A stretch of 28,056 nt of DNA from positions 1 through 28,056 of IMG/VR virus record IMGVR_UViG_3300032233_001815. One strand, given 5' to 3'. The notes under the pieces were generated by a model. That model was given only the letters and a program-made list of their open reading frames with translations, was not told the origin of the DNA and searched no databases. Made by a program: the position numbers and the translations under genes. Within the stretch, counting starts at the first letter, position 1. Each line of letters starts with the position of its first letter. Shown one piece after another: positions 6,887 to 14,045 of the stretch. This DNA is from a virus (lineage: Duplodnaviria; Caudoviricetes).

Positions 6887-8892
6887 AGAAAAAGAAACCT
6901 CAGGCCATCAAAGAGGCCGAGCCAGCTTTGAATAAACCCTTTCGGACTCCCGATGGTCCGAAGAAGTTCGCCGTGTATGTGAAAGATCCGAGCAGCGGGA
7001 ATCGCAAGAAGGTCACTTTCGGCGATCCCGGCATGAGCATCAAGCGTGACGATCCAGAAGCGCGTAAAAATTTCAGGGCTCGCCATGGATGCGATGACCC
7101 GGGGCCAAAGACCAAAGCGAAATACTGGTCATGCAAAATGTGGAGCACTAAGCCGGTGAGCAAGATTACGAAAGAAGCGGGCCCTAAAGATCAGCCCGGG
7201 ATTCGTCAAAAGTTTTGGTTCTATGGCTGCGAGGCGTTTAGCCCGAGTGTTCAGCCTCCGACCTCAAGCGGAAAGGCCCCAGAAGAACAACCACAACCAG
7301 CAAAACACGAGCCGTCGGTAGACGAGGAAATCGCCCGTATGCTGATCGACAACCCCGGGATCACCGGGGCAACGATGGTCAACCTTTTGAGGGCGAAGGG
7401 TTTTAAGATCGTTGACGACAAGCAGATCGAGGCCGACGGTCTGTCGACCGCCCTTCCCGTGACCCGCGCAGAACCTAAGGAAGCTGGGGCCATTCTGGAC
7501 GGTTTCATCAACGCCCGCTTTCTTGAGTCCGCTCGCGACAACGGCGTGGGCCCGGTTCGATTCAAGGTCGCCCTGATTCAAGAGGGTCTCGGCAATCTTC
7601 GGGACGCTTTCTACTATACCCGCGAGGCAATCGAGTCCGGCGTCTTGGCCTTCGAGGGTAAGAAGTGCTACGCCGACCATCCATCCCGCTCTGAGGAGTC
7701 CGACCGCCCGGAGCGTTCGGTTCGCGATATCATCGGGCACTTCGAGAACCTGCACGTTGAGGAGGGCGATCAGGGTCAGGCCATGCTTTGCGCTGACCTC
7801 GTCATGCTTCCCGACCCCCCCTTCGAGTGGGCCCGATCGCTCGTGCGCCATTCCATCGGATACAGCTCGACGCATCACGACAAGGAGTTCGTCGGTCTGT
7901 CGATTAACGCAGCCGGCGACGCTGAAGCAATGTCGGCCGATCAGTTCGTCAAAGAAGCGAAGATTCCAGACGGGGCCTTGCCAAAGATCAAGCAAGCAAT
8001 GCAAGATGGCCTCACACAGATTCGCGTCGTCTCTGCCATTAAGGACGCCGTGTCAACCGACCTCGTCACCGAGCCGGGGGCTCGCGGAAAGGTCCTAGAA
8101 ATCCTAGAAAGGGAACAGCCCATGTCGAAGAAAAAGATCGCCCTTTTTGCCGAGGACGAGAAGAAGCTCCCGGCGAAGCAGGAAGAAGCGAAGCAGGAAG
8201 AATCTAAGCAGTCCGAACAGGAAGGCGAGGAAAAGAAAGAAGAAGAAAAGCCCGAAGGTGAAGAAGATCACGAGGACGTCGAGCAGGACAAGGCTCTGAT
8301 CCTCGACATGATCAAGAAGCACATGGGCGAAGCATCCGAAGGTATGGAAGCCGAGGGTGAAGAAGCAGCGCACCAAGCCTACGAAGCCTACAAGGAAATG
8401 GGCAAGGGCCACGAAGAGGCCATGAAGTGCGCCGCCGAAGCCATGAAGCTCGCAAAGCACATGAGCGCAAAGCAGACCGAAGCCGAGAAGCGCGAGACCG
8501 ACGAGGCCGCTCATCCCGCTGGCCCCGCTGAAAGCGAGAAGAAGGAATCCGAAGGCGAAGAAAAGGCCAAGGAGTCTGACGTCGTTCGCCTGACCGCCAA
8601 GGTCGCCATGCTGGAGCGTGAACTCAAGAAGCGCGAGCTGGTCGAGTTCCTCGACAAGAAGCTCCGCGAGTCCGGCCTTGGCCGCGCCGAAACCGACAAG
8701 TTGCGTTCGCTTATCGGCGAACCCAAGTCGGAAGGCGACGTGGAAAACACTATCAAGATTTTCAAGGAAGCGTTCACGCTGCGCGGAGGTGAGTCCAAAG
8801 CTGCGTCGATTTTCGTAACTTCCGTGGAAAAACAGGCACCCGTTGAAAAGTCCACCGTCAAGGTGAACTTCGGCGAGTGTTTGAAGAAGTAA
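6880..8892 (+). CDS. Prohead maturation protease-scaffold fusion with extra N-terminal domains
   Basis: Central CYADHP...VGLSINA...STDLVTEPGARG (His/Ser/Asp pattern of capsid maturation proteases) and an E/K-rich coiled-coil C-terminus; lies between portal and capsid. Start placed at ATG 6880. Confidence 0.8.
   Translation: MVKKKKPQAIKEAEPALNKPFRTPDGPKKFAVYVKDPSSGNRKKVTFGDPGMSIKRDDPEARKNFRARHGCDDPGPKTKAKYWSCKMWSTKPVSKITKEAGPKDQPGIRQKFWFYGCEAFSPSVQPPTSSGKAPEEQPQPAKHEPSVDEEIARMLIDNPGITGATMVNLLRAKGFKIVDDKQIEADGLSTALPVTRAEPKEAGAILDGFINARFLESARDNGVGPVRFKVALIQEGLGNLRDAFYYTREAIESGVLAFEGKKCYADHPSRSEESDRPERSVRDIIGHFENLHVEEGDQGQAMLCADLVMLPDPPFEWARSLVRHSIGYSSTHHDKEFVGLSINAAGDAEAMSADQFVKEAKIPDGALPKIKQAMQDGLTQIRVVSAIKDAVSTDLVTEPGARGKVLEILEREQPMSKKKIALFAEDEKKLPAKQEEAKQEESKQSEQEGEEKKEEEKPEGEEDHEDVEQDKALILDMIKKHMGEASEGMEAEGEEAAHQAYEAYKEMGKGHEEAMKCAAEAMKLAKHMSAKQTEAEKRETDEAAHPAGPAESEKKESEGEEKAKESDVVRLTAKVAMLERELKKRELVEFLDKKLRESGLGRAETDKLRSLIGEPKSEGDVENTIKIFKEAFTLRGGESKAASIFVTSVEKQAPVEKSTVKVNFGECLKK
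8122..8892 (+). CDS. Putative nested in-frame scaffold protein (internal start)
   Basis: GAAAGGGA-N7-ATG at the protease/scaffold boundary; the same RBS precedes the major capsid gene; analogous to lambda C/Nu3 and Mu I/Z. Confidence 0.6.
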   Translation: MSKKKIALFAEDEKKLPAKQEEAKQEESKQSEQEGEEKKEEEKPEGEEDHEDVEQDKALILDMIKKHMGEASEGMEAEGEEAAHQAYEAYKEMGKGHEEAMKCAAEAMKLAKHMSAKQTEAEKRETDEAAHPAGPAESEKKESEGEEKAKESDVVRLTAKVAMLERELKKRELVEFLDKKLRESGLGRAETDKLRSLIGEPKSEGDVENTIKIFKEAFTLRGGESKAASIFVTSVEKQAPVEKSTVKVNFGECLKK

Positions 8893-8916
8893 TCAACCAA
8901 CCTAGGAGAACCAAAA

Positions 8917-9411
8917 ATGGCAACGACTGCGAAAAATCGCATCACCCGTTCGGTTCGCCCCGCCTCCGCGTTTGAATCGGCCAAGTCTGTGATCAGCTCG
9001 GCATCAACTTGGAATCAGGGCGACCTCGTTTATTTCGATGACACTGCAAACGTCCTTAAGGCCGTGACCTCTGACGCAAACTGCGCCACCTTTTGTGGCA
9101 TTGCGCGTCAGTCCGTCGTGGCTGGCAAACTCGTGTCCTCGTATCAGGGCACGGCAGTTGACGCTGCTCAGGCAATCGAAGAGCTCGGAGGCCCTCAGTA
9201 CGGCGTCATCGCCAAGCTGAAGCTGAAGTCCGGCGATACCTTTAATCCCGGCGACCTCGTTTACGGTGACTCCACCGACGCGCAGACCGTTTCCAGCGCG
9301 GGAACGAACGCCATCGGCATCTTTCAGGATGCTACTATCGTCGCAAGCTCCGGTTCCGAAGGACAGATCCTCTTGGGTCTCCGCCTCCGTACCAGCGGCC
9401 TCGTTATCTAA
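8917..9411 (+). CDS. Capsid decoration/cement protein
   Basis: 164 aa between scaffold and MCP, strong AGGAG RBS, duplicated GDLVY beta motif typical of beta-tulip decoration proteins. Confidence 0.7.
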   Translation: MATTAKNRITRSVRPASAFESAKSVISSASTWNQGDLVYFDDTANVLKAVTSDANCATFCGIARQSVVAGKLVSSYQGTAVDAAQAIEELGGPQYGVIAKLKLKSGDTFNPGDLVYGDSTDAQTVSSAGTNAIGIFQDATIVASSGSEGQILLGLRLRTSGLVI

Positions 9412-9427
9412 GGAAAGGGACCAGAAA

Positions 9428-10612
9428 ATGAGTGAATCTACCAAGCTCTATGGCCGCAACACGGTCGAGCAAAACCGCGAAGCACTTAAAAATGCAACGT
9501 GGCAGTCGGAAGAAGAAAAGCAGCTCATCGAGTCGATGCAGGCAAAGTTCGGCATCGACATTCGTGACCCGAAGGCTTTCCCGGTCCTTGAGTCCGGATT
9601 CTCTTGGAAAAAGACCAAGCAGAAGCTCGCCGAAGCTGACAGCCTTAGCTCTTTTTCGCAAGTACTAAGGGCCGGAATTCAGAGCAGCGTTAATTCCATG
9701 TATTCCACCGTGCCAACTACTTTTGAGGACTGGGCGCACGTCATCAACTCCAGCCGCCTCGAAGAACTGTATGCCCCTATTCAGGGCCTCGGTTTCATGA
9801 GTGCGGTCGGCGAGAACGAACTGTATCCGGAAACGGGTGCGGCCGGTCTCGATATCAAGCTCCGTAACCGCAAGTACGGCGTGATGTTCCCCGTGTCGAA
9901 GGAACTTCTCGAAGATGACCAGACTGGTCAGTTCCAGAAGCTCTCCGGCCTTATGGGTCAGTACGCTAAGCAGGTTCTCGAAGTCCTCTGCTACGGCAAG
10001 CTCGCTTCGGTCGCCAACATGAAGTACGCCCAGCTTGAGGTTCCGCAGTCGGAAACCAAGCCGAGCACTGAATCCGTTTATCCTTGGTCCACGAGCCTGA
10101 CCGGCGGCGGCGCAACCCGTCCTGCCAGCTACGGCGCGCTGACTCAGGCGAACATTCAGTCGGCCTTCATCGCTCTCATGAACCAGAAGAACCTTCTGGG
10201 CCTCAAGATGGGCGTTCAGCCTGACCGCCTCGTGATCTCGCCGAAGTACAACTTCGACTTGTCCGTGCTTCTCCACTCGGCTTACTATCCGAGCGGCGCA
10301 GCATCGTCCGGCAGCGTCGGTGGTGCTTTCGCGATCAACCCGATTCAGGGCATTGCAGACAAGACGGTCTCGCGTTTCATGTTCAACTACGACGGAACGG
10401 TCGATGGATCGACCTCTTCGTGGTACCTCATGGACTCGAAGGCACCTTGGTTCGTGTGTCAGATCCGCGAAGCAGCAGCAGTCGAAGTCGAAAATCCGAC
10501 CTCCGGTCGCAGCTTCGACAGCGACGTCATTCGCTTCAAGGTTCGCATCCGCGCCAACGCCGACCATATCGACCCGCGCTTCGCCTTCCAAGGCAACGAC
10601 GGTTCGGTCTAA
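9428..10612 (+). CDS. Major capsid protein (Mu gpT-like, HK97 fold)
   Basis: IKLRNRKYGVMFPVSKELLEDDQTG, PDRLVISP, SWYLMD, RSFDSDVIRFKVR; strongly biased codons; start at ATG 9428 after a GAAAGGGA RBS. Confidence 0.92.
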   Translation: MSESTKLYGRNTVEQNREALKNATWQSEEEKQLIESMQAKFGIDIRDPKAFPVLESGFSWKKTKQKLAEADSLSSFSQVLRAGIQSSVNSMYSTVPTTFEDWAHVINSSRLEELYAPIQGLGFMSAVGENELYPETGAAGLDIKLRNRKYGVMFPVSKELLEDDQTGQFQKLSGLMGQYAKQVLEVLCYGKLASVANMKYAQLEVPQSETKPSTESVYPWSTSLTGGGATRPASYGALTQANIQSAFIALMNQKNLLGLKMGVQPDRLVISPKYNFDLSVLLHSAYYPSGAASSGSVGGAFAINPIQGIADKTVSRFMFNYDGTVDGSTSSWYLMDSKAPWFVCQIREAAAVEVENPTSGRSFDSDVIRFKVRIRANADHIDPRFAFQGNDGSV

Positions 10613-10634
10613 GTCTGAGTTGAAAAAACCTCTT

Positions 10635-10668
10635 GCGGGGGAGCGTGGGGCAACCTACGCTCCCCTGT
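10635..10668 (+). terminator. Strong hairpin after MCP (attenuator or mRNA 3' stabiliser; lacks U-tract)
   Basis: GCGGGGGAGCGTGGG-GCAA-CCTACGCTCCCCTGT, 15-bp stem with GNRA loop. Confidence 0.6.
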
Positions 10669-10680
10669 ACGGGGGATCCA

Positions 10681-11100
10681 ATGGGAAGAAAAGCTACAAG
10701 CATCGCTGTTATCGCTCCAAAGAAGGTCGTTCAGGCGACCGAGTCGCCGGTCGAACGGCGCGTTCGTGACGATCGCACTAAGTCCGTCGCAGAGTTCAAG
10801 ACCCTGCCGGATCAGATCGCCAAGAGTTCTATTTACTTTAAGAACTGGTACTGCCCCGAGCTTCGGGAGAAGTACAACTTTCTCGACCGGATGAAGCGCA
10901 TTGACCGGGTTTATCCCTATGCGAAGCTCTCGGAGAACGGCGCGCCGACCATGCTTCTCGTGGACGAACCGGCCACCGATTACGACATTGAAATCTGTTC
11001 GAAGAAGCTGACCGTCATGCAAAAGCTCGGCTACAAGTATTGTTATGTCGAGAAGGACTCGACGGTATATGACCTGCTCTCGCAGTTGGGGGTCGTATGA
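10681..11100 (+). CDS. Hypothetical protein, weak resemblance to DUF559/Vsr-like fold
   Basis: GGGGGA RBS before ATG 10681; ATGA coupling to the next gene; RIDRVYP...LLVDE...MQKLGYKYCYV pattern. Confidence 0.6.
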   Translation: MGRKATSIAVIAPKKVVQATESPVERRVRDDRTKSVAEFKTLPDQIAKSSIYFKNWYCPELREKYNFLDRMKRIDRVYPYAKLSENGAPTMLLVDEPATDYDIEICSKKLTVMQKLGYKYCYVEKDSTVYDLLSQLGVV

Positions 11101-11759
11101 GCTGGACGACGTCGCTTACCGACATGAGGCTGAAGCTCTCGGACGGATCGCAGGATAAGCTTCGCGCGTTCAAGCGAGTGTTCGGACAGATTGACGGTTC
11201 TAATCGGGTATTTAAGACCTTCGAGTTCCGTCGGGTCACGGATTTCACCTCGGCCGCCGCGCCACTGGGGATCTACAAGAACCAAGTCCGCCTGACTGCC
11301 GCCGACGTGTCGAGTGATGACCTCACGACGGGCTATTTCACGCTCACAGTTGCCCCACAATCGACCGACGTGATTGAGGCGACATACTATCTTCAATTCT
11401 TCTACGACAGCGAGCTACAGGGCTTTCTGAGGCTCTCAACGAATTGGCTCGGGCTCGGCGATGACTACACCGGGATTCCCGAGGGCCTTCGCCCTGCCGC
11501 GCTGCAATATGCTTGCGGCGAGGCTTACCAAAAACTCGCAATGCGTTTTGCCGAACACCTGTCGGAGACCTACCGCCTTGAGGACAGCCCGGACGGTGAT
11601 CGTTTCCGCCTCGTGGATGAGTACAAGCGCATGGCCGAGGACTGTCGCAAAGAGGGACAGAACCTCCGCGACCAGTTCTATACCCGTCAGGGTCAAAGCC
11701 TTCAGCCGCTTTTCGGGGTCAACCTCGGGCGCGTGCGGAACGTGGAGCCAAGCCGGTGA
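11097..11759 (+). CDS. Putative head-tail adaptor with inserted beta-sandwich domain
   Basis: Position after MCP; helical MRLKLSD...FFYDSELQGFL adaptor-like segments flank a GQIDGSNRVF...APQSTDVIEATYY insert. Confidence 0.65.
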   Translation: MSWTTSLTDMRLKLSDGSQDKLRAFKRVFGQIDGSNRVFKTFEFRRVTDFTSAAAPLGIYKNQVRLTAADVSSDDLTTGYFTLTVAPQSTDVIEATYYLQFFYDSELQGFLRLSTNWLGLGDDYTGIPEGLRPAALQYACGEAYQKLAMRFAEHLSETYRLEDSPDGDRFRLVDEYKRMAEDCRKEGQNLRDQFYTRQGQSLQPLFGVNLGRVRNVEPSR

Positions 11760-12235
11760 GTGCGCGCTTGCGGACTATCAGCGACGGAGTCCAGAAGCGA
11801 CTCAAGGGTCTGATCGACCGCGAAAAAGCCATGCAAGGCTTCCTAAACCGCGACGTCGTCGAGGCATACCGAAACATTCAACGCAAGCGATGGGTCACGG
11901 AGAACGCCTCAGAAGCCGGCGAGAGTGGCCGATGGGACGCCCTAAACCCGGCATACGCGCGCGCGAAGCTCAAGCGGTTTGCCGGCTACGAAGGCGGCGG
12001 AAAGAGAATGCTGATTGCGACGGGCAAACTCTATAAGTCCGTGATCGGACCCGGGGCTGGGTTTCGCAAGGTGGCGACCAACAAGAGCCTAACGATTAGC
12101 ACATCTGTCGAGTACGCCCAGCACGTTGACGAGGCGCGTTCATTCACGACCTACGGCAAGGACTCGATCAAGGGCCTTCGCACGATGATCCGGGATTTCA
12201 TGTTCTTCAACAAGCTGGGGGTATTTAAGAAGTGA
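11756..12235 (+). CDS. Virion morphogenesis/neck protein (Mu gpG-like)
   Basis: RWDALNPAYARAK...MLIATGKLYKSV...STSVEYAQHV pattern; GTGA overlap with the upstream gene. Confidence 0.7.
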   Translation: MSARLRTISDGVQKRLKGLIDREKAMQGFLNRDVVEAYRNIQRKRWVTENASEAGESGRWDALNPAYARAKLKRFAGYEGGGKRMLIATGKLYKSVIGPGAGFRKVATNKSLTISTSVEYAQHVDEARSFTTYGKDSIKGLRTMIRDFMFFNKLGVFKK

Positions 12236-12735
12236 GCCGGCACCTTGTTGAAACAGCCGTTGACGCCATCATTGGCAAGCTAAAGACCGACCTCCCGACC
12301 GCCCTCGCGGACGTTCGCCTGAACCGAGGCGATAACCTCGTGACGATGGAGGCCCCCCGGGATTACTACGTGTATCCGCGGGCGAAGGGCTACAGGTCTC
12401 CGGCCGTCTTTGTCATCGGCGACCGGATCGACTTTCAGAAGGATCGGAAAGGCGCGAACCATGTGAACGCGGCCATCCGCGTCAATGTTTCGGTGCTTGT
12501 CGAGGACAAGGACGCCGAGCGGTTGATGCGTAAGTCCTACAGGTATCAGGCGGCCGTTCATCAAGTACTCGATCAGCAGCCCTTGACCAGTCTCGATGGC
12601 GCAGTGAGAATGACGCTAGTTATTCAAAACGCTGCGTTTTCGGGGCTATACTCGAACCTTGAGCCGGGCGATCCGCAAGCAGTGTATCGGCAGGAGATCT
12701 CGCTGGAGCTTGATTGCTTCCAGTTTGAAAACTAG
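12232..12735 (+). CDS. Putative tail terminator/completion protein
   Basis: 167 aa directly before the tail tube gene; SPAVFVIG and alternating beta-strand pattern; assigned mainly by synteny. Confidence 0.6.
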   Translation: MSRHLVETAVDAIIGKLKTDLPTALADVRLNRGDNLVTMEAPRDYYVYPRAKGYRSPAVFVIGDRIDFQKDRKGANHVNAAIRVNVSVLVEDKDAERLMRKSYRYQAAVHQVLDQQPLTSLDGAVRMTLVIQNAAFSGLYSNLEPGDPQAVYRQEISLELDCFQFEN

Positions 12736-12747
12736 GAGAACTGAAAA

Positions 12748-13278
12748 ATGAGCAACGCAGTCGTAACTACTTCCTCGATGGAATTGACCCCGATGCGGGT
12801 CACCTACAACGGCGTGGACCTTGGCGGAACGCTGGGCAACGTCGTCGTCAATGCAAAGTACGTCAAGAGCGAGATCAAGGCCGATCAGAGCGGTTCGACC
12901 GTTCGCGATCGTCGCGTGTCCGGCATTGAAGTCACGGTCACGACCGAGCTCACTGAGATCAAGAACAAGGACGTCTGGGCTGTCGTGTTCCCGCACGCAA
13001 CCAAGATCGCAACCGGCACTGCCGCGATCGACTTCAAGTCGAACATTGGCGATGGCGACCTAACCCACGCCGCAGCACTGATCCTTCACCCACTTTCGGC
13101 TGCTGACGCCGACGTCACGACCGACTACAAGTTCTTCAAGGCCGTCGCATCCGCCGAGTCCTCGATCACCTACGGCCCGACCGAACAGGCGAGGCTCAAG
13201 ATCGTTTGGAACATCCTCCCGGATGAGTCCGCCGTGCCGAACAAGTTCTTCCGCTACGGCGACCCCGCGCTCGTCTAA
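12748..13278 (+). CDS. Major tail tube protein
   Basis: VDLGGTLGNVVV...EIKADQSG...VTVTTELTE, terminal RYGD; strong RBS; precedes chaperone and tape measure genes. Confidence 0.85.
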   Translation: MSNAVVTTSSMELTPMRVTYNGVDLGGTLGNVVVNAKYVKSEIKADQSGSTVRDRRVSGIEVTVTTELTEIKNKDVWAVVFPHATKIATGTAAIDFKSNIGDGDLTHAAALILHPLSAADADVTTDYKFFKAVASAESSITYGPTEQARLKIVWNILPDESAVPNKFFRYGDPALV

Positions 13279-13290
13279 TAGGAGATTGCG

Positions 13291-13671
13291 ATGGGACTCT
13301 TTTCGCTCAAGACGGGTAAGGCAGTCGACGGTCCCGAGGTCTCCGTGATCTCGGACCTCGACGCTATGGTAGCCGACCGCGTGGCCTTCAGGCTACACGG
13401 CAAGGTTCACTATATTCGCCCGATTTCGGTGAAAGAGTTCTTCGCGTACACGAACGCACTCGTGGCGATTCAGTCTCTTGAAAAAGCCGAGACTATCGAA
13501 GCGAACCACGTCGTAGAACTCTATCACGGGCTGATCAAGTCCGTGTGCGAGTCTGTGACGAAAAAAGACGTTCAGGACATGACTCAGCCACAGGTTGCGG
13601 CACTGATCCAACTCGTCTCGGATTGCATCACCGGCAAGGCTCACGTCGGGGCGACCGAAAAAAAAAACTAG
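13291..13671 (+). CDS. Tail assembly chaperone (gpG analogue)
   Basis: Between tail tube and tape measure; ends EKKN* on a slippery A-tract. Confidence 0.85.
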   Translation: MGLFSLKTGKAVDGPEVSVISDLDAMVADRVAFRLHGKVHYIRPISVKEFFAYTNALVAIQSLEKAETIEANHVVELYHGLIKSVCESVTKKDVQDMTQPQVAALIQLVSDCITGKAHVGATEKKN

Positions 13672-13686
13672 AAACTGAGGAGTTTC
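13658..13686 (+). promoter_or_regulatory. Programmed -1 ribosomal frameshift site
   Basis: A10 tract giving A AAA AAC immediately before the TAG; -1 frame open to 14042; GAAACT-GAGG-AGTTTC hairpin just downstream. Confidence 0.85.
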
Positions 13687-14042
13687 AGCCCATCCGGCTT
13701 ACGATTTCGGCTTCCGATATCGTTGCCGAGGCGTGTTTGCTCTACAAGTGGACGCCCGAGCACGTCCTTGGGATGCCGGCCGTTCGGTTCTTTGCCCTCC
13801 TACAAAGCGGCCGAAAACTCGAAGCAAGGCAGCGCGCGTGGGAGTCTGTCCGTGAGTGCGACATTGCGTCAATCGCGCTTGGCGATGCAAAGTACTATCA
13901 AGAGATGCGAAAGCACTACGAGCTGGTGGCATTGGGTCAGGCGGAACGGGCACGAAAGGATCGCGTGCTCAACGCCGCTGATCCGGCGACCGGGGCACTG
14001 ATCACGGACCTGTTCAACCAAGTCCAGAACCTCAGGGGGTAG
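13665..14042 (+). CDS. Frameshifted C-terminal extension of tail assembly chaperone (gpGT analogue)
   Basis: -1 frame relative to 13291; YKWTPEHVLGMPAVRFFALL is typical of gpT-like segments; no obvious RBS/start of its own. Confidence 0.8.
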   Translation, partial: KLETEEFQPIRLTISASDIVAEACLLYKWTPEHVLGMPAVRFFALLQSGRKLEARQRAWESVRECDIASIALGDAKYYQEMRKHYELVALGQAERARKDRVLNAADPATGALITDLFNQVQNLRG

Positions 14043-14045
14043 CGG

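Noticed and set aside
8150-8580. GAA/AAG-rich repeats as a CRISPR or tandem array
   Set aside because: Low-complexity Glu/Lys coding sequence of the scaffold, with no repeat-spacer periodicity.
9266-9427. Longer MCP start, or a decoration-MCP fusion
   Set aside because: Overlaps the decoration gene out of frame; strong RBS at 9428 and no slippery site noticed.
9665-10591. 308-aa antisense ORF over the major capsid gene, and many similar antisense ORFs
   Set aside because: Shadow frames caused by strong codon bias in GC-rich genes; no RBS or protein motifs.
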